Positions 14,031 to 27,914 are shown, counted from the first letter of the stretch. The stretch: 64,000 nt of DNA from Octopus vulgaris (GCA_951406725.2 OX597816.1:56358001-56422000), one strand, 5' to 3'. Numbers and translations are program-made. The notes: generated by a model not told the origin, from the sequence alone.

Positions 14031-14509
14031 CTGCACGTTGCAGCTTCTCCAATGTTTCTAATTAGAATTAATACAATTAACGTTAATTACTTCAGCAATT
14101 AGTAAACTTCAATTCATTCTGTAATTTTAATAGGAAAACGGAAGTATTGATAATACAACACCTTATCAACCTAGATAACTGTTGCTTCTACACTCTTGGA
14201 TAGTTCAATACCTTGTCAGCCAGGTAGACTGATGTTTCTATACTTCACTTTTTCAGTCAAGTAAACTGCTGTTATACACTTCTGAAGTTACAGCACCTTA
14301 CAAGCCAAACACACTGGTGCCTCCGTATATCTGATAACGGTCTAGCTATTCCCCTGTGGATATTGCTAATGTGTACATCATAAAATTCAGCTCACCCTGC
14401 AGTATGTTTTCCATTATGAAGTGAGCCCTGATGTGGTTTGCGCTTTACATGGTTGATATTGTTAAAACGTGTAAAAGCGATTTACAATTGACGTGATATA
14501 TATATATAG

Positions 14510-14810
14510 TTTGTTCCTTCTCGAGCTATGCCTGGATCATTAGGGCCGGTTTCCCGGTTTTCTTGGCGCATAGGCTTCCTACCTGGACGGGACGCCCGTC
14601 CGTCACAGGTGAGCTGCAAGATGCAGGAGAAAAGAGTGAGAGAAAGTTGTGGCGAAAGAGTCAGCAGAAGTTCGCCATTACCCTCTGTCGGAGCTACGTG
14701 GAGCTTAGGTGTTGTCGCTCATAAACACACACATCGCCGGTCTGAGAGACGAACCCTCGATCTCTCGACCGCGAGTCCACTGCTCTAGCCACTAGGCCAT
14801 GTGCCTCCAC
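14510..14810 (-). mobile_element. tRNA-derived SINE (family C head with a different tail)
   Basis: Minus head gtggaggcacatggcctagtggctagagcagtggactcgcggtcg resembles 43802 and 46965; 3' part differs. Confidence 0.8.
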
Positions 14811-14879
14811 ATATAATATATATATATATAGGGTTTTCATACATCTAACTTGTATCTTATATATATATCTCCCCTTCTG

Positions 14880-15102
14880 CCTAGCTCTCCTGTGTTGACC
14901 ATGTGTCTGGCATTCGCCACGATAGATCGCTAACCACTAAGCATTTTTCATTTTCTCTCCTTGTTTATTTCTGTATTCTTTCTGTTGAAGAGCGTAGGCT
15001 CGAAACGTAAAAAGACTTTCTCACTTCCCGAGCGCTAAACCAATACATCTGTTTGTTGTTTACGTACCCGTCTTCGTCTTTTGTTGTTTTGTAAATTATC
15101 AC

Positions 15103-15105
<3 letters not shown>
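14880..15105 (+). mobile_element. Minimal-HHR element, related subfamily
   Basis: HHR at 14977-15015: tcttt-CTGTTGA-a-gagc-gtag-gctc-GAAA-cg-TA-aaaaga (A6U variant); bounded by (TA)n. Confidence 0.65.
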
Positions 15106-15161
<56 letters not shown>

Positions 15162-15797
15162 ATACATATATACGCACACTAGACTACTTCATGCGCAACT
15201 CCATTGTCTCCCGAGACAGAAAGGATGCCAATATATGCACACATCTGTGTGAGTGTGTATGTGTGTGTACATACATATAGAGACACAGAGAGTCACACAC
15301 ACTTAGTGAGATAATGTTGTTAGGTATTTTAATTATTTACTAATAATCAATATTAATATTAATTAATACATTGGTGGGGAAATAAAGACACATTTCCTTG
15401 ACCCCCGGCCATACAATTTCGTTAACTAAAATAACTTTTCTAATAAAGAGATCAAGACCAACGTCTAATGATTACTGTTTAATTCTATGGAGTCAAATCA
15501 AAAGGGAGACAACTATGAAATATCAGTCAAACTATGATACCAGTGATGTGGTAAAAATATCAATTCGACGATTGGTGATAATTTCATCTGAGTTTTATTC
15601 TATGACGCAAAAAATTAGTAAAGCACGCGCATGTCATATATGAATACATACAGATAGATAGGGAAATAGATAGACAGACTGACATTGCACCGGGTGTACA
15701 GACTCTCGCCCATGACGAACAGATGCATGATGGGTCGAAACGATCGTAGTCATTTATAGAGAATATCGTGAATTCCATTTTATTTCTCTTTCACTCC

Positions 15798-15860
<63 letters not shown>

Positions 15861-15909
15861 ATATATATGGGTGTATATTTGTGTATATATATGGGTGTAT
15901 ATTTGTATG

Positions 15910-15971
<62 letters not shown>

Positions 15972-15978
15972 TATGTAT

Positions 15979-16157
15979 GCAGTGGCTGTGGGGTAAGAAC
16001 CTTGCTTCCCAACATGATATTTCTAGGTTCAGTTCCACTGCGTGGCACCTTGCGCAAGTATCTTGTACTACAGCCCCGGGACGACCAACGGCTTTGAGCG
16101 AATTTTGATACACGGAAACTGAGAGAATCACGTTGCACACATAAATATACATACGTG

Positions 16158-16199
<42 letters not shown>

Positions 16200-16392
16200 T
16201 GTGTGTTTGTGTGTGTCTGTGTCCCTACCATCGTTTGACACCGGTGTTGGTGTGTTTACGTCCTCGTAACGTAGCGGTTCAGCAAAAGAGTCCTATAGAA
16301 TAAGTACTAGGCTTACAAGGAATGTGCTGGGGTCGATTTTCTCGACTAAAGGTGGTGCTTCAGCATATCCACTGACAAATGACAGATACAAT
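15979..16392 (+). mobile_element. SINE family A, diverged
   Basis: Same bipartite layout; its 3' end abuts the truncated 3' end of the L1/Tx1 element. Confidence 0.85.
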
Positions 16393-19195
16393 CGGCGAGA
16401 CGGCACTTCTGTGCCTTAAAAGTTTATAACGAGCAGGTAATGCCGCATGGAAGCACTGCCAAGCCAGGTATTTCTGGTAATTTTCCAGGTACCCCGGCCC
16501 GAAAGTTCTCCTGAACAGGTCGATCAACTGATTTTCATCGTAGCCCAGAGTCTCCCCCAATGCGTCTTCGGACATAATTTCCACTAACCCGCTATAAAAA
16601 ATCCGCGGTGGAACTCCTATTGCCGGCATTGCCCGCCCGAGAGAGTAGCTGAAATGCCTGACGACACTCCATTTGCCAGTCCCCCTGCCTAGGTCTCTGC
16701 TTGATCCAGTTACCAATGTCCGTTAAGGACGTTAACTGTGGAAGGTGGAACCGGACGTGCGGGTGACCACACCAGCTCTCAATCCAGGTGAAGCCAGAGG
16801 TGCCTCAACCTTAACGCGCGTTTTCGCATCCTCAGCCAAGGCATCCCTAGCCCACCCTTTAGCGGTTTCTGGCAGCAGACAGGGCGCTTCACAAGTGGTT
16901 TCCTTATTCCCACAAAAAGCAGAAAAGGATTGTCTCCAACTTGTTCAGCCACAAATCGGGGCAAAGAAGCACGGTCAGGCGGTCGGTGATAACCGACGAT
17001 ATAAACATCTGCACCACTTCCGCCTTTCCTAGTAAGGACAACGCCCGCCCAGACCAGGTCTGAGTTAGAGCAGCCACCTTGCAGGCTACCTCACTCCAAT
17101 TTTTCTCTATCTGGAGGTCTGGCCTAAACCAGACTCCAAGCAGCTTAACAGGACCTTCCGTCCAACGTCCCACGACGTTATTGGACGGCATCGGCTTTCC
17201 CCTCCAAGTGCCAAGTTGCAAACCGACCAACTTGTTCTTGTTAACCTTTGCTCCTGCCACCCTCTCGTAACTTTTGATAGCCTCTTCCACCACTGGAAGC
17301 TGGCTCCCATCCGCCACGATGATGGAGATGTCATCCGCATACGCTATAGCTCCTCTTCCACACCATAGATCATGCGGTGTGCCCCCTAGTACCTCCAACT
17401 TCCGCAGTAATAGCTCGAGAGCCAACACATACAAAAGCGGAGACAGGGGACACCTCTGACGCACTGAGCGCTCGATTCTGAATGGCTTCGAAAAGAAACC
17501 ATTCACTTTTATGACGGACTCGATGTCTCTGTACAATGCAGCACTCTAATCGCAGAAGGTCGGGCCAGCCTTCTCGAGGACCGCCACCAAGTACCGATGG
17601 TAGACCCTATCAAATGCCTTGGATTGGTCTAAATGTGCCAGTGTCCCCCCTTGCGCCAGAAAGCTTCCCCACCCTCTCTAAGGAGTAGCGTATAAGGTGG
17701 AGATTGTCGTGGATCGTCATGCCCGTGATAGCGCACGTTTGCGCTTCACCTACAAGTCTGTCCACGACCCGCGCCAACCTTTTCATTCTGCTGCCAATTG
17801 GCGTCGACGCTGGCCAGCAGGTGCCCGAACAAGTCTGGCATACTTTTGTAAAATTCATAAGGCACACCATCGAGACCCGTCGACCTCTCCCCGGGGCATT
17901 CACCCAGTACCTCGATCACTTCCTCGACTGTGATTGGCCCTTCACAACACTCCGCCTCCCGTGCCGAGAGACGTGGGCCACCAGACAGGAACTCCCTTAG
18001 GGCCTCACCATGATCAAGCGCTCCACCCCTCCCGAACAACTCGGCAAAGCGCTTGTGAAGCACCTCACACATCTCGTCCTATCCATCATCAATGAGAGAC
18101 CTAATTGTGGCATAATTTCCACACTGAGTTTCTACCGTACGGGCCCATCCGGCAACATTAATTCCCTCACGGCCCAATGCGCGCACTTTAGCCCGAATTC
18201 TGCACCCCTCATGTTTAACTTTGAGGTGACGGTCCAAGGCCGTTCTCGCTGCCAAAACGTGTGATGCAGAACCCAATCTCAACGCTTCCTCTAGGTCCTT
18301 AACTAGCTGCCCTTCTATTCCAGTCTTATCCAGTCTTAGCAGATGGCTAAATCTAACAGACTCAAAACGAATGGCTCTCTGGAGGGCGAACCGCCATCGA
18401 TTATTAACCACCGCGCCGGTTAACGCCCTCTGTACTAATTCCTTAATCCGGCTACGGTATACTTCGCAATTCAAAATAGACTTGTTTAGCTTCCAGTAAC
18501 CGGATCCTCTCTTAACTGTACTATCTATGTCCAGTCTACACTTAACCATTCTATGGTCAGTGTAAGCTTCTTGTACAAGCTGTGGACAGCTAAAACTAGG
18601 CTTATCTCTAGTTCTTATCTATCCTATCTAAGTAAGACTTAAACCTTCCATCGCCGCTAATCCAGGTTCACTTTGGGACGCTCGGATGGTCAAGTCTGTA
18701 GCGATCCGCTAGCTGAAAACGCTTAAGCAGATCTACGAGACGTGAGTTCACTTTCCTATAGATCGAGCCAACGCTATCAATAATAGCATTATAGTCTCCT
18801 AACACCACTAATGTCTTCGACGTCACGAGAAAGTTCTCCAGGCGCCGATAAAAATCAGTTTGAAGTCTTCTAGCACGATGAACCTGAAGGCCTTACTGCT
18901 GTATGTCACATCAAGGACGACCAGCCCACCTTCAGGGTCTACATAGACTGTACTTGTCCGCAGAACCAAGTCTTTCCAAACCAGTACTACTACACCCCCT
19001 CTCCCTCTGGTCTGGCTAGGAGACATGATTTTCTTATAGTCATTCAGGAGGGGCGAGAAGGGATATAGACTGTCCAGCTTGGTCTCTGTAGCAACCATCA
19101 CATGCATATCATGTGATCTGAAGTCGTCGAGGAAACAAGCTTACTTCCACTTCGAGCCTAGACCACGCACATTCAAACACCCAAGATTAAGTGTA
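16393..19195 (-). pseudogene. ORF2: APE endonuclease + reverse transcriptase (stops and frameshifts)
   Basis: LNVRGL, TETKL, GDYNA, TDHRMV, GYWKLN (endonuclease); GLDGVPYEFYK, KAFDRV, SVRQRCPLSPLLY, AYADD (RT). Confidence 0.92.
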
Positions 19196-19229
19196 GCCAA
19201 AACAAGCAAAAAAAAAATATTCAAGGGTT

Positions 19230-20440
19230 CTACTTACCCTTCATTGGCGATGTTAGGGCTGACCTCACAACACATAAGGCAGTCCTTTCCTCCTCCTCCT
19301 TCTTCAAATATCTTGGAAGGTCCGGGATACTCCCGATGGTCTTTGGATGCCTGTCCTTAAGTTTCTGAAAAGGCCTTCCCCTATCCAGACACATCTTTCT
19401 CTTAAGTCCTTGTGCTGTTCAAACAGCGTGGTGGTCTGGTGATCTTTTATAATGTCCTCAATGTATGTCATATTTTACCTCTGGTGTCATATTTTACCAG
19501 GGTTTCTGTTCACTACCTTTCGTTTTTTCCTTTTTTCCTTTGTGGGAGAATGGGACGGGTTCGTTTCTTTTATTTATTTTTTTTTCGTGGTGTGGTGCTT
19601 CCTTTTTCGTTTTCTTTTGAGAGGGATGTTGATGGGAAAGGTACGCGTGTTCGTTTCCGAACTGCTGTGAACTCCCCCTCAACCACCTCTATGATGTCGT
19701 CCGGGGAGTTACATGTTCTGGTGCCATTTTAGAGGGGGTGGATGATTTTGACGTTGTCGGGACTGGTGTAAGCATGGTCTGAGGTTTTTGGGTGTCGTGT
19801 CTGGGGGCGGGCACCACAGATGGAGGAGTGAGAATTTTTGTTTCTGTGTAGGCTAATGTGTGTGTAGGTTTGGGGTTTTTTTTTGTAATTGAGGGGCCTG
19901 CTGACTGCGCTACTTTGCTTTTCCATTGATCACAGTCTATACGGATGTGGCCTTTTTTGACACATTCTTAACACGTTGGCTTTTTGCCCTCTACTTGTAT
20001 TCTGAGGGCGATATCCTCACCCAAGAGCACCCTCTCTGGAAGCATTTCAATATCTTCCTGAGTTCCCTGAATAATGGCAGAAATGCTCTGCCCGAGCCAG
20101 TTTTGCGGGGCAAAGCGTGTGATCTGAAGGAAGGCGATTTTGTCCGTCCTGTTATACAACAGGGTGACCATCACCTCTTTTACATCAACTTAAGGTGGCA
20201 CTTCTGTCACTCTTACTCGAGCAGTTCGTCTCCCCATGTAGGTTGGCAGAATTTTTCAACACTAGGTGAGGGTGATATTTTTATATCACCCCCCCCCCTC
20301 TTCTTTCATTTCTTTCAAAAAGCTCGGAGAGCTTTTCCTTTAGTAGATCGTCGTTTTCAGTAGCCACCGCGGTAACTGCTGAAAATGTCTTAACTGGCTG
20401 TTCCAGTAAATTTTTCTCTGAAATTATTTCGATCGACATA
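19230..20440 (-). pseudogene. ORF1 nucleic-acid-binding protein with CCHC zinc knuckle
   Basis: IALRIQVEGKKPT-C*ECVKKGHIRIDC (Cx2Cx4Hx4C at about 19932-19973, with an internal TAA); homologous to the ORF1 starting at 62493. Confidence 0.8.
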
Positions 20441-20479
20441 TTCGTTCGAAATAAATTTATGCACAATTTAATCCCAGAA

Positions 20480-20875
20480 AATGGGAAACCTATAATTTTT
20501 AAAATTTATTTCCCTCTCAACGAGGACAACAGTTCAAATCTCACCCCCATTAAGGGGCGAGATGTAGCAACAAAACCTACAACGTTCCAAATTAAATTTT
20601 TCACATAATAATAAAAATACAGTATTCCAAAGAACGGGAAACCTATAATGTTTTTTTTCCTCACAACGAGGACAACAGTTCAAATCTCACTCCCGCTGGG
20701 GGCGGGTTCCACAATAGAGCCTACAACGGCTAAAATTTAATTTTCCACACAATAATAAATTGATTATCCCAAAAAACGGGAAACCTATATTTTTGACCTC
20801 TTAATGAGGATAACAGTTCAAATCCCACCCCCGCTGGGTGGGGGCACGACAATAAAGCCTACAACGGCTTTAATT
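20480..20875 (-). repeat. Three ~145-155-bp tandem monomers in the L1/Tx1 5' UTR
   Basis: Repeated gggaaacctata...gagga(c/t)aacagttcaaatc...cctacaacg at about 20483, 20636 and 20778. Confidence 0.85.
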
Positions 20876-21086
20876 AGTTCAATATTTCAACAATTAACAA
20901 CTGCAAAAGTGGCTTTACACAAACAATTACTTTCTCTCGTCACCGGAAAAAAGCACAAAAATTTTCAAAGTTTCAAAGTTCAACAATGTTCAACAATAAA
21001 CAGTCAACAATTCTAACAGAAAAATTATCCAACGTTCAGCAAAACGTTTGACTCACCGCCAAAAAAACATGTCTATCCGCGAGTCA

Positions 21087-21122
21087 GGTAAGCAGGCTAT
21101 TTACCACGCAGCCACTCCTGCG
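21087..21122 (-). mobile_element. 5' head remnant of SINE family A
   Basis: Minus strand cgcaggagtggctgcgtggtaaatagcctgcttacc matches 55172-55207. Confidence 0.8.
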
Positions 21123-21484
21123 TATGTTTGGTCCTTTGTGTTTTGGTTCGCCATTTCTCAGTGGCTTCTGGCCTCCAGTGCCATCTGAAGACACCAAAAT
21201 TACTGTTGAAAGCGCGAAATTGCGTTTGGTAGTAGTAGTGGTGGGGAGTACGCTTGTATATGTGGCTCTGCCCAATGAACGTAGAATCTTGCCCCTTAAT
21301 CTCAATGTAATTTTTATCTGACAGTTTTACTCTCTTCTTTGATTCTACGCCTTTAATTTACGACGTGCGTTGTGTGAGTGTGTGTTCAGGACCGGCAGTG
21401 CATGCTTCTCCTCGTTAGCCTACATCTAATCTTTCTTTGTTAGGTTGTGTTTTCTATATTTTATGACTTTAACATTATACAACG

Positions 21485-21870
21485 GGGATCTTTTTGCTTT
21501 GACCGGCAGATTTTTTAAATAATTTCTATGTAACTAAACACTTTTAAATTTCGTATACTGGTAGAATGTGTTTATAAACATCTTTTTCTCTTGGCTTTCT
21601 TGAGAAAATTCTGGGATCTTTTCGCTTTGACCGGCAGATTTTTAAAATAATTTCTATGTAACTAAACACTTTTAAATTTCGTATGCTGGTAGAATGTGTT
21701 TATAAAACATCTTTTTCTCTTGGCTTTATTGAGAAAATTCTAGGATCTTTTCGGTTTGACCGGCAGTTTTTAAAAATAATTTCCATGTAACTAAACACTT
21801 TTAAACTTCGTATACTGGTAGAATGTGTTTATAAAACATCTTTTTCTCTTGGCTTTATTGAGAAAATTCT
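21485..21870. repeat. Three tandem ~129-bp units
   Basis: Units start at 21485, 21613 and 21742 (ggatcttt...tttgaccggcag...gagaaaattct) and are highly similar. Confidence 0.95.
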
Positions 21871-21952
21871 ATAGTTTGTAAGATATTTGTTGTTTTTTCT
21901 TCAATTTCTGCAATTTCAACCAATCAATGACGTCTGTTGAGTTAAAAATATA

Positions 21953-22051
<99 letters not shown>

Positions 22052-22386
22052 AATGTGTATATATATGTGTATATATATATATTTATATATATATATATAT
22101 ATACATATATATATACTAGGTCATATTTAGTCATATTTGTTAACATTTTAACTTTATTACGTCACTAAATATAAATATATATGATTACAAATTACATAAC
22201 TTATAGCTTTTCAAAATATACCGTATTCTTCTAAGATACCTGATATATTTTTACAAGACACGTCTTATATCTAGACGATACAAGCTATATAAGATATATC
22301 GTATATATTTAGTCGGTTCAGTGTATATATTTACAAGGTACAAAATATCTATATTTATATGATTGAGATATGATGCATATTTTTAC

Positions 22387-22422
<36 letters not shown>

Positions 22423-22424
<2 letters not shown>

Positions 22425-23238
22425 TAGCTGATGTACCCGGTAATTCCCAGGAAAGCGGGGCTTATCCCTTGGCTCCGTTCTCTTAATTGTTTCGCTAATC
22501 CAATAACAACAATACAAAGTATGTAGCCTTTAAAACGCTTTTTGTATATTTACAGAGAATACCGAACTATCTTACACAGGATTTGCTTTTAGGAATTCCC
22601 AATAAGTAATGAATAACCAATTAGTGAAGTCAGTTATGTAATAACATGAAATTAGTTAACCGATAGTAAGAATTCAATGCTTTAATGCGTTCCCAGAGTA
22701 TATAGAACATAGGCGGAAATACTAATAGGGTACGTATAGTAAAATCGTGAAGCATTTTACATAATAACAGGCTAATCATATGAGATAATAACAATTCAAA
22801 GTAAATAACTCTGAAAAAGTCTTTTGTTGATTCCCAGAGAATATTACCCTCAGGGTTGTTAATGGTGGTATATTCGTGAATAAATCACTAACCGAAATAA
22901 GTAGATCTATTGTTTTAGAAAATACTACTTACTTGTTTAAGGATTGTACTGGATAAATTGCGAAAATAATTCTAACAGTTCAAATACTAAAAAATAAACA
23001 TACTCAATTTCATTTCTACCAACTAATTTAGGAAAATAAATTGGTTATTTTCCCTTGGCTATATATAAGGACCCCTTCCAGGGACCCTATTATTGATTTT
23101 TTTCAACAATCTGGATATGCTATGAGGTTTCCAGACATGAGTTTTACTCACGTGTCAAGTTTCATCAAAATCGAAAAAACCATGTAGGAGTAATTAGATA
23201 AGAACTCCACAAACGCACCCACAGACATATCCCCCCCA

Positions 23239-23241
<3 letters not shown>
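22423..23241 (+). mobile_element. Non-autonomous Helitron/Helentron-like (HINE/DINE-like) element
   Basis: 5' actagc...acccggtaattcccagg; subterminal aagtttcatcaaaatcg; 3' acagacata then (TA)n. The layout is typical of this class, but the family is not verified. Confidence 0.55.
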
Positions 23242-23276
<35 letters not shown>

Positions 23277-23345
23277 ACTACATATGTGGGAAATTATGTC
23301 TGTGGGTGTGTTTGTGGAGTTATATATATATATATATATATATAT

Positions 23346-24645
23346 AAATCATTTTGATGACATTTTGAGAGCCTTAGGAGAGGGTTCCAACACTGATGTT
23401 ATCTACCTTGATTTCAGCAAGGTCTTTGACAGGGTTGATCATAAGATCCTTTTGATAAAGCTGTCCAATATTGGTGTCAATGGAAAGCTGCTGCAGTGGA
23501 TGAAGTGCTTCCTGTCAAACAGAACCCAACATGTTGTAGTCGCAGTAGTCAAATCCAGCCCACCCAAAGTCAGAGTGGTGTCTCACAAGGCACTGTGTGT
23601 GGCCCACTTCTCTTCATCATCTACATCAATGACATTACTGATATCATCAAACACAGTAACATCAGAATCTTCGCTGGTGATTCCAAGCTCCAGAAGGTCA
23701 TCAATGCCGTGGATGACCGGATAAGCCTTCAGTCAGACCTACTGGCTGTTGTCCAATGGGCGGAAAAGAACAACATGCTGCTAAACGAAGACAAATTCAA
23801 ACTGATCCACTTTGGAGGGGAGGACGCTCTGAAACTCCCATACTCCCTTCCTTCTGGTGAAATTCACATGGCGTCTAGTAACATCAGAGACTTGGGAGTA
23901 ACTGGACAACATAAGCTGGGCTACACATATAAGCAGCAAAGTTGACATGGCTCTCAGAATGTGTTCCTGAATTCTCAGAACCTTCCAGTCGAGAGATTGC
24001 CACACCATTATCCTTCTCTTCTCCACTTTTGCCCGATTCCACCCTGAATACTGCTGTCCACTGTGGTCTCCCTACACGAAACAAAATATTATGAAAGTTG
24101 AAGCTCCCCAAAGGCCAATCACGAAAAAGATAGATGCCATGTCAGACCTCGACTACTGGGGTCGACTAGAAAAGCTGAAACTGTATTCACTCCAACGACG
24201 CAGTGAACGCTACATTATCTGTATGATGTGGAAAATATTCCATCAGCACTGTCCAAATGATGTTGGCATCACCTTCAAAATACATCCAAGGCTTGGACCA
24301 CGTGCCATCCGTCCACAACAACAATCTAAATCGCATCTCATAACAACAATACGGCACAATTATTTCACCTCATTTGGACCCGTTCTCTTCAACATTATAC
24401 CAGGACACGTCAAAACAGAAACTGACCACACAAATTTCAAGAAGTCTTTGGACAAATTCCTTCAAACCGTCCCGGACAAACCACCCACACCCGGATATGT
24501 CTCCACAAACAATAACTCTCTGCTCGAATGGGCCTTGGTGCCCAAATCCTGAATTGAAAGACTTCACCAAGTGGTGCTATTAAGTTAGACATGGCCTAGG
24601 CCAATACTGGCCAAAACCTTTCTAAGTTATTCTAAGTTATAAGTT
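23346..24645 (+). pseudogene. CR1-clade LINE, 5'-truncated: RT C-terminal half + 3' UTR
   Basis: DVIYLDFSKVFDRVDH, SGVSQGTVCGPLLFIIYIND, IFAGD (for YADD), RDLGV, PEYCCPLWSP, LYSLQRRSERY; stop at 24552; tail (tc)taagtta repeats. Confidence 0.9.
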
Positions 24646-24738
24646 ATATATACATACATACATATGTATATGTACATATACATATGTATATGTCTATATG
24701 TGTGTGTGCATACATATGCATATATGTATATATATTTA

Positions 24739-24783
<45 letters not shown>

Positions 24784-24793
24784 GTATATATAC

Positions 24794-24828
<35 letters not shown>

Positions 24829-25646
24829 TACATATTCCTCTAAAATGTAATTTTATGGATATTTCAACGTTTCGGTTGATGCTGATCTTAGAAAATCTTC
24901 AGTTCAACTCCATATAATTGCTCTTTTATTTTTTCTGACAATGGTCTCAAGGGTTCTACTGCTGCCTCTAGTGTTCATCCAATATTTCATATGGCAAAGC
25001 GACTTTAACCCTATTAGAATAGAACTTCAAGAATTTAATGACGGCTTTATTAAAGAAAGCTATCCCATTGCCCTTTGGAACTTTTATCCATTTCAATGGG
25101 TAAATACACAAGAAAGATTACAATAGAATCAATTTTTCAAAGAGCGAAATATTGTTTGGCGATATCTAAATGGTGTTTGACATCAATTAGAAGCACACAA
25201 TATCCAGTGAATATTTCTAAAAGTATAAAAGATATTATAGAATTTCGAATAAAGACATGAACAAATTTATATAAAAAGAAATAAATAAAGATATGAAACA
25301 GTATATATAAAGAGAAATAAACATCGAAGGTTTTTAATGTTCGCAAGCTTTTGTTAGTGTTGTTGCGTAGCTTCGGTTTATTGTTCGCAGTTCCAAAAGT
25401 TGATAACATCCAGCAGAAAAGGACGAAAAGTATCTTTATGAAAGAATACTTCTATCAAGAGAAACAATGACAAAGAGTGTGTCTGTGTGTGAGAGAGAGA
25501 GAGAGAGATGAGGAGGAGGAGGAAGAAGGAAAGAAAAGGAGAGTGAGTGGGTTTAAATAACCAATATTTAATGTAATATTGACAATAAACAGTATAGTCA
25601 CGGCTACACTTTCAATAATATAAACAGTATATATCAACTAGATATG

Positions 25647-25685
25647 TTTCACTGAAGAGGTGTAATAACACAGAAACTTGTGATG
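25647..25685 (+). ncRNA. Degenerate minimal hammerhead motif
   Basis: tca-CTGAAGA-g-gtgt-aata-acac-a-GAAA-cttg-tga; the cleavage position is G, so probably inactive. Confidence 0.45.
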
Positions 25686-26439
25686 TGTCGTCACTGAACG
25701 GCCAAGACCAGACTCACTGCCTGCTCTAATCACCATATTGTATTTTTAATTTTGTTCAATTAAAATGTATGCATTGTCTCCTCTGGGTATCTTATTCAGA
25801 ATTGATCTACGAGATGTACATAGTACAGACTTACATAAAGACCTGGCCAGATATGTTCTATCATTTTAAACATCATTGCATGTTAAAGTTTCTGATCAAA
25901 TGTGTGACAATCAAATAGTTTAACATGAATATATTACAGTAATCTCTCGACTATCGCGGGTGTTACGTTCCAAACTCACCCCCACCCAAGTGGTTTCAGT
26001 CTCAAGCTCACTAAGCAGCACTTTGGTGTCAGTGCTGGTGTTGGTGTTTTCCTTAGCAGTTCGGCAAAAAAATGTGATAGAATAATTAAGGGACTTAAAA
26101 AGTAAGTGTTATCGTAAATTTTTTAAAACTAACGCCTTCAAGTCGGTGCCCCAGCATGGCCGCAATGCAATGATTGAAAGAAGGAGAATATCAAAAAGGT
26201 AAAAGAAATGAAATTACTAACAATTTCTCCGAAATCAGTTGAAATGTCACGAGACAACTTGTGGAAGAATATTCTGTCGATGACGTCATGTAAGAATGGT
26301 TGACAAAAGAAACGCTTTTGTAGAAGGCGTAGGCGTTAATAATTGTTATGAGGTTGATGTCTTTTGAAAAACTGAAGAGATAAAAAAACTGAACCAAATT
26401 GAGAGACTCGTAAAAGTAAAAATGTGTGAATATGTTACT

Positions 26440-26718
26440 GTTATCATCGCAACAATCACCATCGTCATCACCATCATCATCATCATCATCATCATTTGCA
26501 TAGATGTTGCCATCGTCATCATCATGATCGTAATCCCCATCATCAGCATCATCGTCGTCGTCGTCGTCGTCATCATCATCATCATCATAGATGTTCCCAT
26601 CGTCATCATCATTATCATAATCCCCATCATCATCATCATCATTATGATAATCCCCATCATCATGACCATTCTCATCATCCCCATCATCAGCATCATCGTC
26701 GTCGTCATCATCATCATC

Positions 26719-26775
<57 letters not shown>

Positions 26776-27042
26776 GTCATGGATGTTCCCATCGTCATCA
26801 TTATTATCATAATCCCCATCATCATCATCGTCATCATTATGATAATCCCCATCATCACCATCATCATCATTATAATAATCCCCCTCATCATCATCATCAT
26901 GATTATGATCCTCATCATAACTATACTCCCCTCCCCGTCCACCTGTTTTTTTCCTACTCCCTACCCTCCTGCTCCTCTTCCTCGACGTCATCATTATCGT
27001 CATCATCATCATCAGCATCATCGTCGTCGTCATCATCATCGA
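26440..27042. repeat. Compound (CAT)n repeat with higher-order sub-repeats
   Basis: Direct reading; recurrent taatccccatc and gatgttcccatcg units. Confidence 0.95.
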
Positions 27043-27329
27043 TGACTTGTGAAATTAACAAATTTGGACTATGAAGAAAATTAGAAAAAGACCACAGATT
27101 ACATGTCTATGGATTCATTGCGCAAATCGCAGCACAAATTGCATAAACCGCCGCCTACATTGCACATAGCATTACCAATGCTACACAAAACATTCTACAC
27201 ACAGCAGATAATATTAAACAAATTCAGAAAATTTACCTGAGCTAAGACATCAAACAGGTGAAGATGAAACAACGATTTTTTAAAATCTTGCAGGTTAACA
27301 ATAAAAGCATAAATACGAACTCACGCACA

Positions 27330-27407
<78 letters not shown>

Positions 27408-27686
27408 TCACTCACTCACACACACGGCATACATTTAAACAGAGATATGCATACATGAATATATACATGTGCATCTAGACCTTATACCACATAACCAGTA
27501 ATATTGTCATCCTCAACACCATAATCATCATCATCATCGTCGTCATCGTCGTCGTCGTCGTCGCCGTCAGTCTCTTCACCGCCAAGTCGAGCATGAAGGG
27601 ATTAAACTTAATGGAGCTTAATAACTTCAATCTTGTGGAAAGATATAAGTAGGTATGTATATATACATACATATGTGTGTGTATGA

Positions 27687-27725
<39 letters not shown>

Positions 27726-27736
27726 CACATACACAC

Positions 27737-27780
<44 letters not shown>

Positions 27781-27842
27781 ATATATATGAATGTATGTAT
27801 GTATATATATATATATATATACATACATACATTCATATATAT

Positions 27843-27896
<54 letters not shown>

Positions 27897-27914
27897 GTGT
27901 GTATGTGTGTGTGC

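Larger units (their letters stand above)
16393..21086 (-). mobile_element. L1/Tx1-clade non-LTR retrotransposon, 3'-truncated, inactivated
   Basis: 5' UTR with tandem monomers, ORF1 with a CCHC knuckle, ORF2 with APE endonuclease and RT motifs. Confidence 0.92.

Noticed and set aside
15701-15752. ATGACGA...GAAA-cgatcg-TA motif
   Set aside because: The 3' half fits a hammerhead, but C3 is missing and stems I and II do not pair convincingly. The same applies to 555-606, 45090-45142 and 59170-59190.
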